A stretch of 60,236 bases of DNA, filler included, from Malassezia furfur (lineage: Eukaryota): NCBI GenBank assembly GCA_052055015.1. It is 5 parts of 5 records of this genome, joined end to end, with 100 filler letters (N's around TTAATTAATTAA, not from the genome) between each part and the next. Parts side by side here need not be neighbours in the genome. Positions count along the whole stretch, not along the records: positions 12,133 to 24,160 come from JBQJIT010000346.1; positions 24,261 to 36,216 come from JBQJIT010000347.1; 3 more parts are not named here. The stretch is one strand, 5' to 3'. Positions 12,134-24,303 of this stretch are shown here, one piece after another. Within the stretch, counting starts at the first letter, position 1. Each line of letters starts with the position of its first letter. Position numbers and translations under genes: made by a program. The notes beneath the pieces are model-generated. The model had not been told where the DNA came from and made no database searches. It saw nothing but the letters and a program-made list of their open reading frames with translations.

Positions 12134-13687
12134 ATGATGTTGAGCTCTGTGCTGAAGCGCTCGCCGCAGCTCTCTACTAAGGTATGGCCACGGAACTTAT
12201 GCCAGGCTCTGAAGCAGCCGCTTACGCTCCCGCGTCTGCTCCCCATTGGCGCTACGCCGCTGGCTCGTGGCTACGCCTCGAGCTCGGAGCCGTACGATGT
12301 CATTGTGATCGGCGGTGGCCCCGGTGGCTACGTGGCCGCCATCAAGGCCGCACAGGGTGGTCTGAAGACTGCGTGTGTTGAGAAGCGTGGTGCCCTTGGC
12401 GGTACGTGCTTGAACGTGGGCTGTATCCCGTCCAAGTCGTTGCTCAACAACTCGCACATCTACCACCAGACGCAGCATGACCTCAAGAACCGCGGTATTG
12501 ACGTCGGCGACATTAAGCTGAACCTGCCGCAGATGCTCAAGGCGAAGGAGAGCTCGGTTACTGCACTCACCAAGGGTGTCGAGGGTCTGTTCAAGAAGAA
12601 CAAGGTCGACTACATCAAGGGCACTGCCAGCTTTGCCAGCCCCACGACGGTGGACGTGAAGCTGAACGATGGTGGTGAGCAGCAGATCGAGGGCAAGAAC
12701 ATCATCATTGCAACCGGCTCTGAGGTGACGCCCTTCCCGGGTGTTGAGATCGACGAGGAGCAGATCATCAGCTCGACGGGTGCGCTCTCGCTCAAGGAGG
12801 TGCCCGAGAAGATGGTCGTGATCGGTGGTGGTGTGATCGGTCTTGAGCTTGGCAGCGTGTGGAGCCGTCTGGGTGCCAAGGTGACCGTGGTCGAGTTCCA
12901 GGAGGCGATCGGTGGTCCCGGTCTGGACAGCGAGGTGAGCCAGCAGTTCAAGAAGCTGCTCGAGAAGCAGGGCATCCAGTTCAAGCTCGGCACCAAGGTC
13001 AACGGCATTGAGAAGGAGAACGGCAAGGTGACTGTCCGCACTGAGGGTAAGGATGGCAAGGAGCAGGACTACGATGCCAATGTTGTGCTCGTGTCCATTG
13101 GCCGTCGCCCGGTGACCAAGGGCCTCAACCTCGAGGCGATCGGGGTCGAGCTCGACAAGAAGGGCCGCGTGGTGGTGGACGACGAGTTCAACACGACGTG
13201 CAAGGGTGTCAAGTGCATTGGTGACGCGACGTTCGGCCCCATGCTTGCGCACAAGGCCGAGGACGAGGGTATTGCCGTCGCCGAGATGCTTGCGACCGGT
13301 TATGGCCACGTCAACTACGACGTGATCCCTGCGGTGATCTACACGCACCCTGAGATCGCGTGGGTCGGCAAGTCGGAGCAGGAGCTCAAGAACGAGGGCG
13401 TCCAGTACAAGGTGGGCAAGTTCCCCTTCCTGGCCAACTCGCGTGCCAAGACCAACGTCGACACCGACGGCTTCGTCAAGTTCCTCGTGGAGAAGGAGAC
13501 CGACAAGATTCTCGGCGTGTTCATTATCGGCCCGAACGCTGGCGAGATGATCGCCGAGGCTGGCCTGGCTATGGAGTACGGCGCGAGTGCTGAGGATGTT
13601 GCGCGCACCTGCCACGCGCACCCGACGCTCTCCGAGGCGTTCAAGGAGGGTGCGATGGCCGCCTACTCGAAGCCCATCCACTTTTGA
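12134..13687 (+). CDS. LPD1: Dihydrolipoamide dehydrogenase (E3), mitochondrial; possible in-frame intron 12182-12205
   Basis: [17 protein letters not shown], redox [34 protein letters not shown]; basic N-terminal presequence. Confidence 0.97.
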   Translation: MMLSSVLKRSPQLSTKVWPRNLCQALKQPLTLPRLLPIGATPLARGYASSSEPYDVIVIGGGPGGYVAAIKAAQGGLKTACVEKRGALGGTCLNVGCIPSKSLLNNSHIYHQTQHDLKNRGIDVGDIKLNLPQMLKAKESSVTALTKGVEGLFKKNKVDYIKGTASFASPTTVDVKLNDGGEQQIEGKNIIIATGSEVTPFPGVEIDEEQIISSTGALSLKEVPEKMVVIGGGVIGLELGSVWSRLGAKVTVVEFQEAIGGPGLDSEVSQQFKKLLEKQGIQFKLGTKVNGIEKENGKVTVRTEGKDGKEQDYDANVVLVSIGRRPVTKGLNLEAIGVELDKKGRVVVDDEFNTTCKGVKCIGDATFGPMLAHKAEDEGIAVAEMLATGYGHVNYDVIPAVIYTHPEIAWVGKSEQELKNEGVQYKVGKFPFLANSRAKTNVDTDGFVKFLVEKETDKILGVFIIGPNAGEMIAEAGLAMEYGASAEDVARTCHAHPTLSEAFKEGAMAAYSKPIHF

Positions 13688-13745
13688 TTTCGTAGGCTAC
13701 CCCCGATAGGCGCCCGATACGTTTTCTCTCCGCACCGTGGCCGAG

Positions 13746-15227
13746 ATGGGCCCACCGGCGTGGTGGACCGGCATCTGCGTCACAATAGCCAGCAATGTGC
13801 TCATATCGCTTGCACTCAATTGCCAGAAGCTCGCTCATATGCGCCTAGATGCTCAGGCACAGGACACTACGCCGCCTTCCGAAGAGACGCGTCTGCTTAC
13901 GTCGGCGCCGCCGCCAGCCTCCTATCTCCGAAGCAAGCTATGGTGGACCGGCCTTGCGCTGATGGGGCTAGGCGAGTCTGGCAACTTCTTGTCGTATGGA
14001 ATGGCACCTGCATCGCTCGTGGCTCCGCTCGGCGCCGTCTCGTTGCTGTCCAACGTAATCATCGCACCGGCCATGCTCCATGAGACCATCCATGCGTTTG
14101 ACCTAATCGGCATCTTTCTCGCGATTTCCGGAGCAGTGGCAGTCGTGAGCAGCGCAGGGCCCTCGGGAAGCGAGCCACTTGACCCACAGCACCTGTGGGC
14201 AGCGCTTTCCCGGCCCACCTTCCTCGTGTATACTGGTACGATGTTGGTTCTGGCTGTTGCACTCATGATCCTTTGCAGCACGTCTGTGGGAAAGCGCTCC
14301 GTGCTGGCACACGTCGGGACCTGCGCAGTGTTTGGCGCATTCACTGTGCTTGCCACCAAGGGCATCTCATCTTTCCTGGTGCTGGATATGGGGGATGACA
14401 GCCCCGCATGGATGCTGCACGAGCCACTTTTCTATATCCTCGTCGCTGTGTTGGCGAGCACGGCCGTGGCGCAGCTTGCCTACTTGAACCGCGCACTTCA
14501 ATCATTTGACTCGCGCAAGGTCGTGCCGACCCAGTTTGTCCTATTCACCGTGTCGACGATCGTGGGGTCCTCGATCCTCTACCACGACTTCGCCCGCATG
14601 TCCTGGGGACAGGTCACGGGCTTCACCGTCGGTGTGCTCATCACCTTCTTGGGGGTGATTGTGCTGACCTGCTCGCCCAGCTCGGAAACTGAGGAGGAAG
14701 AGGAGACGGAAGCCGAGACGACCGGACCAATGGAGATTATCGTCGATCCAACCGCCGACACATCACAGGGTGTGCCGGCGGAGATCGTGAGCACAGATGA
14801 ACCTGCAAAAACAGCGTCTTTGAAACCCAAAATGGGTACACGACGTCGCGCTTATACATTGCCAGGACCCGAGGACGGGCGGATGCTACAGCGTCCGCGT
14901 CAGCGGCTCGCCGATATGGCCGCATCGCTCGTCGAGCAGTCACAGTCTCTCTTGTCATCCGGTGAACCCATCCCTCGGCGCGTGCGCTCGCGTCCAACGC
15001 GGTCACACACTCCCTCGTCTCTTACGGGATCGATGGACGAAGATGGACATTTACGTGCGCCGCTGGGGCATGCGTTCTTAGGGATCAGCCCCGGGCGCAA
15101 CTTGCTGCTCATTCCCAACCAGGGAGCCCCTTCGTTATTACCCCTGGACCTCCCTCGGCACCGTCTGGGGCACGCACGGCGCGGATCTGCCCTTGCGTCC
15201 CTCTTTCATTACGGTGGATACGAGTAG
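13746..15227 (+). CDS. NIPA-family (DUF803) magnesium transporter
   Basis: LISLALNCQKLAH, SYLRSKLWWTG...GESGNFLSYGMAPASLVAPLG, YLNRALQSFD...VVPTQFVLFT. Confidence 0.9.
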   Translation: MGPPAWWTGICVTIASNVLISLALNCQKLAHMRLDAQAQDTTPPSEETRLLTSAPPPASYLRSKLWWTGLALMGLGESGNFLSYGMAPASLVAPLGAVSLLSNVIIAPAMLHETIHAFDLIGIFLAISGAVAVVSSAGPSGSEPLDPQHLWAALSRPTFLVYTGTMLVLAVALMILCSTSVGKRSVLAHVGTCAVFGAFTVLATKGISSFLVLDMGDDSPAWMLHEPLFYILVAVLASTAVAQLAYLNRALQSFDSRKVVPTQFVLFTVSTIVGSSILYHDFARMSWGQVTGFTVGVLITFLGVIVLTCSPSSETEEEEETEAETTGPMEIIVDPTADTSQGVPAEIVSTDEPAKTASLKPKMGTRRRAYTLPGPEDGRMLQRPRQRLADMAASLVEQSQSLLSSGEPIPRRVRSRPTRSHTPSSLTGSMDEDGHLRAPLGHAFLGISPGRNLLLIPNQGAPSLLPLDLPRHRLGHARRGSALASLFHYGGYE

Positions 15228-15232
15228 TCTCG

Positions 15233-17166
15233 CTAGATACCCTCATTCTCTACAATTTTGCGGCTTTGTTGCAAGACTTGCACTTGCGCACCGCTGAATC
15301 GCTCGCTCTCGCTGCGGACGCTCACCGTTTCACGACCCCCTGCGCCTTGGCCCAGCAGCGCACTACGTGGTGGCTGACGCTGGAAGAAGCGCGGTGGTAC
15401 TCCCACCGGTACACCCTGGTACGGTCCCATGTAGGTCTGTGGCGCACCGGGCATGGATGGCCAGCCAGCAGCATACATGTTCCCATGCACAGGGCCATAC
15501 GGATTGTGGGTCATGTTGGGTGCGCCGTAAGGGACCCCCGGGAACATGGGCATGGGTGTGCCATACGGCGGGGCATACATCACCCCGTAGTCGATCGGGT
15601 GCCCTGTACCATGGGGCATAGGATACGCTCCGTGCGACGCTGTTTCGTGGAAAGGCGGCATGGACGCCGACCCCATGTATCCATTCCCCATGGGCGTCGA
15701 GCCAAAATGCCCTAACAGGGGACTTGGTACGAACCCCGCAGACGACATAGGCGGCGGCAGCATTTGGGCTCCGTGAGGCGGCGACAATGCCGCAGCAGAT
15801 ATGCCTTCGGGGTGTGAGGAATACGGCGTACCCATGCCAACGTCTGCGCCAGTCTGCTGAAACGTTTTAGCGCGGCGCGACGCACTTGGCGGCGTTTTGG
15901 GCCGCAAATCCTCACACACTTGAGAAAACGGCAAGATGTTGGTGCGGAAGTTTAACTGGCATCCCGGCGGATCAAAGCCGAAGCGGGTGGGGTATAGTGC
16001 CGAGAGCACCTCGGGCGGATGACGCGGGTCCGGCGACCACTCTGGGAATTCGGGACCCAGCTCTGTGCCGACCGTAAGCCAACCCCGCCGTAGGTTGCGG
16101 TTCGTGCCAAAAAGTTCCAAGCGGCGCGTCCCGAGACAAAAATTTTCCGCAATGGTATAGAGCTCGTGGGGCTTTTTGAGCGGAGATATGATGTCCACGC
16201 CCGGTTCAATCGTTTCCCCTGGCCAAAGGATGACGTCGGTGTCAATGTTGCAATGCACAAAGAACGAGTCGGTGCTCCGCACGACTGTTCCCCGGATACC
16301 CATCAGGCAGTGCTGCACCGAATTCCGCAGCAAGGACGTGGTGGACTCTGCCTCGTCACCCTCTTTGCTCGTGCGAATCCACACAATGTCTTCACAACGT
16401 CGGTACCCCCACCGCTGCAGCACTTCTCGCCCACGTTCAAGTCCGTCGTTGTTGCCAGAGCCAACCCAGAGGAAAATAAAGCTGTCGTGGGACGCGAGTT
16501 GGGGGATCGGTAGTGCCGCAATTTCATCCCAAGACCACGTCGGCATGTTTGGTAGACTTGGTTCATCCCATTCGTATGATGCAAGTGGGGGGTCCAGCAT
16601 AATTACGTCGTAGGTCATGCCAGTGAGTTCCGAAGGTAGAGAGCGATGCACCCAATGTTTCAGGTCGGTTTTGTGGTACGTGGGGGGGATGGCCGTGCGC
16701 TCAACAATTTCTGCTTTGGCGTGAATGAGACGGCGCAATTTGGGGTGCCTGTGTAAGCCATGCGTGGTACGTACTCGATAAAGCGCGTCTCAGGCGACAC
16801 GTTTTGGACCCATGTGCCAGGAAGCACCTTCAGACCTGAGTCGACATAGTATTGGTTGTAGTCGTTGCATATCAGATCTGCCTCTTCTTCAAGCTGTACA
16901 GCACCAGCTTCCAGCTGTTTGTCATCCGCCGCAGCTACGACGGATGAGAGGTGGAGCGACGTCAGCGCATTCACGGCCTCCTCGACTTTGTCGTGCTTGC
17001 CTCCCACTGCATGTATGCGCGAAGATCCAAGGCCAAGATCGAGCCACCGTGGATGGTCCGCAGCATGCGCACATCCGATGTCTGGCACGCCTTGACGTAG
17101 GATCTCGAGAACGTCGGCATGCCGAGAACGGACCTCGTGCCTGAAACGCCCACGGTCGGGCGACAT
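15233..17166 (-). CDS. METTL14: MT-A70-family m6A writer scaffold subunit, METTL14/Kar4-like; intron 16749-16774
   Basis: NDYNQYYVDSG...RFIEHPKLRRLI..K; YDVIMLDPPL, SFIFLWVGSG, GLERGREVLQRWGYRRCEDIVWI, HCLMGIRGTVVRSTD, ENFCLGTRRLELFG. Confidence 0.9.
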
Positions 17167-17245
17167 CTGCGGGTGGAGGAACGAGAAGTGGAGGGGATAG
17201 AAGGGGGAGCACTTGGGACGTCTATTCACGTATGCTAGAGATCAA

Positions 17246-17806
17246 TTAATCAAACTTTTTGTCGGACACTTCAGACTTGGCCTTGGCGAGCTCATCCGAG
17301 AGACGGTTGTACTCCTTCTGCTGCTGGTCGACCTGCTTGCGCAGCGTCTCGATCTCGACCTTGGACTGCTTGTCAGCCGCGCCGTTCTCGATCGAGCTCG
17401 CAAGCTCCTCCTGGGCGTTGATCAGGTCAAGCACAAGCGAGTGCGTGCGGGCCAGGATAAGGCTGAGGAATAGCGTAAAGCCAGTAAGATACACGTTGCG
17501 CTGAGCATAGAACTTCTTGGCGTGGTAGTTCGCCTCGGTGCGGTAGTCCGCAAAGCCCTTCTGCTCCTGGGGAGTGTGCGCCTCAACGCTGACCTTCATC
17601 ATGCGCTGGAATGCGTCGATGAAGAGCACGGCGACGAAGATGAACGTGATGCGCACGCCGTAGTTGATCTTGGCAACCACCTCGCTAGTGGCCAGGAACT
17701 GGAAGAGTTTGCGCCGCGCAGAGAATGGCAATGGCACAATCAGCACCATAAACATGGCCATCTCAAATACAAGCAGCGCAAACACGATCGAGTAGTACAG
17801 CGTCAT
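17246..17806 (-). CDS. YET3: BAP31/Yet3-family ER membrane protein
   Basis: MTLYYSIVFALLVFEM..., AKKFYAQRNVYLTGFTLFL, coiled coil, C-terminal KKFD ER-retrieval motif. Confidence 0.92.
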   Translation of the reverse strand: MTLYYSIVFALLVFEMAMFMVLIVPLPFSARRKLFQFLATSEVVAKINYGVRITFIFVAVLFIDAFQRMMKVSVEAHTPQEQKGFADYRTEANYHAKKFYAQRNVYLTGFTLFLSLILARTHSLVLDLINAQEELASSIENGAADKQSKVEIETLRKQVDQQQKEYNRLSDELAKAKSEVSDKKFD

Positions 17807-17993
17807 CGTTGAATGAAAGGAGGAACAGTTTGCCCGCCAGTAGCCCGTGTGGAGTTCAGCTGTGCCCTTTACGTCATGGGGCGGGGAAGGGGCCACCACA
17901 CCTGACGCGTAATTCCCCGAAAGGGCCCGTGCAGTCTTGGCCCGACACGGGCGACGCCGCTGCCCCAGTCAAAGAAGAAAGCACTTTGCCTCG

Positions 17994-19529
17994 ATGAGCG
18001 ATCGTAACCATGCTTCCGCTCGCCCTGCGAGCAAAACGCTTCTGAACCTAGGCAATCTGCCGCCGAAGCAGATGAACTTTACGACGGATGGAGCAAGTGC
18101 ATCCTACCCTCGCACGGCGTCGCGCGTCGATCCCAACAATCCGCCGTGGCCGGCATACCGTGGCTACCATGAGTACTCGTTTGCCCATGAGACGATGGGC
18201 AAGCGTCTGCCGACTATTCTTGGCAATGCTGTGAATGACGTGATCTTGACGCTGAACCAGCAGTATGACGAGGAGCAGATTACCGACCTGATCGCGTGCA
18301 TGGACCGCATGAACGTGTTGATGAAGGAGCTGCAGGCCAACAAGGAGCTGCGCCCCATTATTGATGACGAGGAGGGCGATGTTCCGCTGTGGAACAAGGC
18401 CATTGCGAAATATTTCAAGGGCAAGGACTTTATGAACGCGCCGTGGCTGTTTGCCGAGGCATACAAGTACCGTCGTCTGCACGAGTGCTTCTCGCTGTCG
18501 CGCTACTGGAAAAACTATGACGTCTTTTTCCGCCAAAAGTGCGACACGTTCAGCCGCTCGGGTACGGCGGTGTTCGAGCTTTCGATGCGCTTTGCCACGC
18601 CACAGAAGCAGGATTCCAGCCTGAGCCACGAAGAGGCGCAGCAGGTCAAGAAGCTCCTCTTCCTCGAGCTGACGCAGGTGTCGCTGTGGGGCAACGCGAC
18701 GGACCTGTCGCTGCTAATCAACATGACTGAGGAGGACATCAAGAAGATCCAGTCGACCGGTGGCGAGCACCTTGCCTCTACGGAGAAGAACATTCTCGGC
18801 AACCACCTGAACCGCGTGTGGGACCTCGTGGCGAACATGAAGGGCGGGCGCATCGACATTGTGCTCGACAATGCTGGTTTCGAGCTGTACTGTGACTGCG
18901 TCTATGCCGACTGGCTCATCCAGTCGGGCATCGCGCGCGAGGTACACTTCCACGGCAAGCGCCTTCCGTGGTTTGTGTCGGACGTCACGCGCAAGGACTG
19001 GAACTGGCTGCTGAACATGATGGTGTACGGCTTCCTCTTCCCGGATGCGTCTGAAGCGGAGAACCAGTCGCTGCGCCAGCTCGGCAAGCGCTGGAAGCAG
19101 TACGTCGCCGAAGGCAAGTGGGTCTACGAGCAGCACCCCTTCTGGTGCACCGGCTACACCTTCTGGTCGATCTCGACCGAGGCGCCCGATCTGTTCCACT
19201 ATCTGTGTGAAAGCGACCTGGTGATCTTCAAGGGCGACCTGAACCACCGCAAGCTTACCTACGACTGCCAGGCGCCGACGAACACGCCGTTCGACGTGGC
19301 GATCGGCCCGCTCGCAAATGAGGCGGGCGCGCCGCCGGTTGTGTCGCTGCGCACGATCAAGTCGGACGTGGTGGTGGATGTGCCGCTGGAGGTGTCGCAG
19401 CGCCTGGACTCGGAGGAGCCTGGCTGGCGCATCTCGGGCAAGTACGCCGTGGTGCTGCTCAGCGACGAGGAACGCAAGAAGCAACAGGATACACAGCAGG
19501 GTGCAAATGCGGGATCCGAGGGCAAATAA
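17994..19529 (+). CDS. ARMT1/DUF89 damage-control phosphatase
   Basis: SFAHETMGKRLPTIL, APWLFAEAYKYRR, SLWGNATDLS, DIVLDNAGFEL, PWFVSDV, LVIFKGDLNHRKL, LRTIKSD. Confidence 0.92.
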   Translation: MSDRNHASARPASKTLLNLGNLPPKQMNFTTDGASASYPRTASRVDPNNPPWPAYRGYHEYSFAHETMGKRLPTILGNAVNDVILTLNQQYDEEQITDLIACMDRMNVLMKELQANKELRPIIDDEEGDVPLWNKAIAKYFKGKDFMNAPWLFAEAYKYRRLHECFSLSRYWKNYDVFFRQKCDTFSRSGTAVFELSMRFATPQKQDSSLSHEEAQQVKKLLFLELTQVSLWGNATDLSLLINMTEEDIKKIQSTGGEHLASTEKNILGNHLNRVWDLVANMKGGRIDIVLDNAGFELYCDCVYADWLIQSGIAREVHFHGKRLPWFVSDVTRKDWNWLLNMMVYGFLFPDASEAENQSLRQLGKRWKQYVAEGKWVYEQHPFWCTGYTFWSISTEAPDLFHYLCESDLVIFKGDLNHRKLTYDCQAPTNTPFDVAIGPLANEAGAPPVVSLRTIKSDVVVDVPLEVSQRLDSEEPGWRISGKYAVVLLSDEERKKQQDTQQGANAGSEGK

Positions 19530-19544
19530 ATAGGAAGAATAGGG

Positions 19545-20482
19545 CTATTCCGTATGAAGCGGGTCGCAATCCTTTTCGGAGACGTGCACGGTCAACTCGG
19601 GGAGCTGCTCGCGCAGCAGCGGCGCAAACAGCGAGCGGAAGAAGCGGCGCTCGGTGTTGCTGTGGTTCGTCAGGATGACCGAGATGCCCTGAGCCACGGC
19701 GGCGAGCACCTCGTGGTGCCCGAGCTCGCCCGTGACCCACACGTCTGCGTCCTTGGCCTGACGGAGCACACTGCCGCCGCTTCCCGCGCACACGGCGACG
19801 CGGCGCATCGGCGTGTCGTCCGACACGTCCTGGCCAAGCGCGACGTGCACGGCGTCAATGGCGAAGTGCTCCTTGGCGCGCGCGATGAGCGTGCGGATGG
19901 GCACGGGCTGGTCGAGCGAGAACACGCGCCCCATGCCCTCGGTTTCCGTGCGTGCGTTGGGGATGGGCTCGATGGGCTGGGCCTTGGTGCCCTCGCGCAC
20001 GGCCTGGTAGAGAGTCTCGTCGAGGAGCGGCTCCTTTTCCCAAGCGTGCTGGAGCCCCGCGACGATCCAGTCGTTGATGCCGCCGTCGATCGCGTCGAGG
20101 CACGTGTGTGGGCAGTAGATGCTGATGCCCGCGGCGACGAGGCTGAGGATGGAGCGCTGCAGCGGCTGAGCGAGCGTGAGCGAGCGCACCGGGCTGAAGA
20201 TGACCGGGTGGTAGATGATGGCGGTGTTCACGTCGGGCAGTGCGAGGGCCTCTTCGGCGACGTCCGTGGTGAGGTCCACGGCGAGAAAGACGCCGCGGCC
20301 GGTGCGGGGCACGGGCGATTCTGGGTCAGGGTGCGTGGGTGCGTACGGGCAATCAGGCCGACATTGTCCCAGCTGCCAGCGAGGCGTGTGGGTGCTGTGT
20401 GAGACGCACCGCAATGCGTACCGATGAGCTGCAAGAAGTCGACGACGCGGCGCAGCGTCGGGTCGCGTGCGAGGTGGGCCAT
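19545..20482 (-). CDS. NIF3: NIF3/YbgI-family protein; introns 20395-20421, 20321-20346
   Basis: Spliced: APTRLAGSWDNVGL..., AVDLT, IIYHPVIF, IYCPHTCLD, AVCAGSG, TGELGHHE, HSNTER. Confidence 0.92.
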
Positions 20483-20550
20483 CGTGCGCGGTCGCTCGGA
20501 CCCATCATCACGTGCGCGCGATTTTTCGGTGGCGCTTGTGGTGAGCGACG

Positions 20551-23500
20551 ATGCACGGCGGGGGCAGCGCGGCCGACGGCATGCGCCGCGTCGTGGAGGA
20601 GGCCGAGGCGGCCGGCAAGCGGCTGGGCGACCCGGTGAAGACGATCGAGGACAAGTGGATGCTGCTCCCCGCGTTCCTGCAGGTGAAGGGGCTGGTGAAG
20701 CAGCACATTGACTCGTTCAACTACTTTGTGGACGTCGACCTGCAAAACATCCTGCGCGCGAACGAGCGGGTCACGGTACGTGTGTGTGCGCTGACGGCAG
20801 TCGGACATCGACCCCAAGTTCTACCTCAAGTACACCAACATCTCGGTCGGGCGCCCCGAGCGCGCGGACCCCGACGCGATCGACCGGAGCATTACGCCGC
20901 ACGAGTGCCGTCTGCGCGACATTACGTACAGCGCGTTCATCTACGTGGACATTGAGTACACGCGCGGCGGCAAGATTGTGCGGCGCAAGAACGTGCCGAT
21001 CGGGCGGCTGCCCATTATGCTGCGGAGCAACAAGTGCTGGCTCGCGGGCCAGGACGACGCGGCGCTCGCGCGCATGAACGAGTGCCCGCTGGACCCCGGC
21101 GGGTACTTTGTGGTGAAAGGCACCGAGAAGGTGATTTTGGTGCAGGAGCAGCTGTCCAAGAACCGCATCATCGTCGAGGCGGACGCGCGCAAAGGCCTCG
21201 TGCAGGCGTCGGTCACCAGTTCGACGCACGAGCGCAAGTCGAAGTCGTACGTGCTGACCAAGCACGGCCTGATCTATGTCAAGCACAACTCGCTGCACGA
21301 AGACATCCCGATCGTGGTCGTGTTCCGTGCGCTCGGCATCCAGTCGGACCGCGAGATTCTGCAGCTGGCCGCGGGGCAGGACGAGACGTACGCGGAGCTG
21401 TTTGCGGTCAACCTGGAGAAGGCCGCGAAGCTCGAGGTGTTTACGCGGCGGCAAGCGCTCGAGTACATTGGCGCGCGCGTCAAGATCATGCGGCGCGGCG
21501 TCGGCCTGCGGCGGTCCACGGTGGACGAGGCGCTCGATGTGCTTGCGACGGTCATCATGGCGCATGTGCCGGTGGAGAACTTCGACTTCCGGAACAAGGC
21601 GATCTACATCGCGGCCATGGTGCGCCGCGTGCTCGTGTGCATGGTGGACGAGAGCAAGGTGGACGACCGTGACTATGTGGGCAACAAGCGCCTCGAGCTG
21701 GCCGGCCAGCTGCTCGCGCTGCTGTTCGAGGACCTGTTCAAGAAGTTCAACCACGACCTCAAGACGAACATCGACAAGGTGCTCAAGAAGCCGAACCGCA
21801 CCGCCGAGTTCGACGCGTACAACCAGTTCTTCTACCACGGCGACTACATCACCGCGGGCTTTGTGCGGGCGATCTCGACGGGCAACTGGAGTCTGAAGCG
21901 CTTCAAGATGGAGCGCGCGGGCGTGACGCATGTGCTGTCGCGCCTGAGCTACATCAGCGCGCTCGGCATGATGACGCGCATCAGCTCGCAGTTTGAAAAG
22001 ACGCGCAAAGTGTCCGGCCCGCGCGCGCTGCAGCCGAGCCAGTGGGGCGTGCTGTGCCCCTCGGACACGCCCGAGGGCGAGGCGTGTGGGCTCGTCAAGA
22101 ACCTCGCGCTGATGACGCACATCACGACGGACGTCGACGAGGCGCCGATCGTCAAGCTGTGCTACACGCTCGGCCTCGAGGACATCAACCTGCTCACCGG
22201 CGCCGAGCTGTACCAGCCGTCGATGTACGTCGTGTACCTCAACGGCAACGTGCTCGGTGTAACGCGCACGCCCCAGCGCTTTGTCGCGCAGTTCCGGCGC
22301 GTGCGCCGCGGCGGGCACGTGTCGGCGTTTGTGGGCATCTACACCAACGCGCACCAGCGCACCGTGCACATTGCGTCGGACGGCGGGCGCATCTGCCGCC
22401 CGATGATCATCGTCGAGCGCGGGCAGCCGCGCGTGCGCAGCGAGCACATGCACGCGCTGCAGGCGGGGCGCATGGTGTTTGACGACTTTCTGCGCGCGGG
22501 CCTCGTCGAGTACCTCGACGTGAACGAGGAGAACGACAGCAACATTGCGCTGTTCGAGCACAACATCCACGCGAACACGACGCACCTCGAGATCGAGTGC
22601 TTCACGATCCTCGGCGCGGTCGCGGGCCTCATCCCGTACCCGCACCACAACCAGTCGCCGCGCAACACGTACCAGTGCGCGATGGGCAAGCAGGCGATCG
22701 GTGCGATTGCGTACAACCAGCTGAACCGCATCGACACGCTGCTCTACCTCATGGTGTACCCGCAGCAGCCGATGGTCAAGACCAAGACGATCGAGCTGAT
22801 CGGCTACGACAAGCTGCCCGCGGGCCAGAACGCCATGGTCGCGGTGATGAGCTACTCCGGCTACGACATCGAGGACGCGCTCGTGCTGAACAAGGCGTCG
22901 CTCGACCGCGGCTTTGGGCGCTGCCAGGTGATGCGCAAGCAGTCGACCGTCCTGCGCAAGTACGCCAACGGCACGTTTGACCGCCTCGCGGACGCGCCAC
23001 TCACCGACGCCGGCGAGCGCGTGCGTCGCTTCGAGGCGCTCGAGCCCGACGGCATCGCGGGCGCCGGCGAGCGCCTCGAGCCGGGCGACGTGTTTGTCAA
23101 CAAGCAGACGCCCACGAACGCCAACGACAACAGCGCCGGCACGATGCTCGACACCGCCGTGATGTACAAGAGCGCCCCGCTCTCGTACAAGGCGCCCGTC
23201 GAGGGCTACGTCGACCAGGTGCTCGTGAGCGACACCGACTCGGACCAGACGCTCGTCAAGGCGCTCATCCGCCAGACGCGCCGCCCGGAGCTGGGCGACA
23301 AGTTCTCCTCGCGCCACGGCCAGAAGGGCGTGTGCGGGCTGATCGTGCAGCAGGAGGACATGCCGTTCACCGACCAGGGCATCTGCCCGGACATCATCAT
23401 GAACCCGCACGGCTTCCCGTCGCGCATGACCGTCGGCAAGATGATCGAGCTGCTCGCCGGCAAGGCGGGCGTCATCGACGGCTCGCTGCAGTACGGCACG

Positions 23501-24013
23501 GCGTTTGGCGGCTCCAAGGTCGAGGACATGGCACGCATCCTCGTCGCCAACGGCTACAACTACGCGGGCAAGGAGTACCTCACGAGCGGCACCACCGGCG
23601 AGCCGATGGAGGCCTACGTGTACTTCGGCCCGATCTACTACCAGAAGCTCAAGCACATGGTCATGGACAAGATGCACGCACGCGCCCGGGGGCCGCGCGC
23701 GGTGCTCACGCGCCAGCCGACCGAGGGCCGCTCGCGCGACGGCGGCCTGCGCCTCGGCGAGATGGAGCGCGACTGCCTCATCGGATACGGCGCCACGCAG
23801 CTCCTCCTCGAGCGCCTCATGATCAGCTCCGACGCGTTTGTGGTGAACGTGTGCGAGCAGTGCGGCCTGCTCGGCTACAACGGCTACTGCGGCTACTGCA
23901 AGAGCTCCAAGAACGTCGTCAAGCTCACCGTCCCATACGCCACCAAGCTCCTCTTCCAGGAGCTGATGGCCATGCAGGTCGTGCCGCGCCTCGTGCTCGA
24001 AGACGCCGTCTAA
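20551..24013 (+). CDS. RPC2: RNA polymerase III second-largest subunit (C128); intron 20776-20800
   Basis: [68 protein letters not shown]. Confidence 0.97.
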
Positions 24014-24063
24014 GTAGCCAGATACCCTTGCATCACGTGCCCTCCTTTTTCCTCCCGCCGGCC

Positions 24064-24160
24064 ATGGGCGCGCACGCTTCGCTGCCCACCGACGCGCCGC
24101 CCGCTGCGGCGGCGCCGTCCGTTCCGCCGCCGCGTCGCGACTTTGACACGCTCGTTCGCG
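24064..24160 (+). CDS. N-terminal fragment of an unidentified gene, truncated by the contig end
   Basis: GCCATGG start 24 nt after a CACGTG; open to contig end (MGAHASLPTDAPPAAAAPSVPPPRRDFDTLVR). Confidence 0.45.
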
Positions 24161-24260
24161 NNNNNNNNNNNNNNNNNNNNNNNNNNNNNNNNNNNNNNNN
24201 NNNNTTAATTAATTAANNNNNNNNNNNNNNNNNNNNNNNNNNNNNNNNNNNNNNNNNNNN
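24161..24260. other. Artificial contig spacer
   Basis: N44-TTAATTAATTAA-N44. Confidence 0.99.
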
Positions 24261-24303
24261 CGCATGCGCGTTGACTGACGACGACGGTCGTGGCGGAGAC
24301 AAG

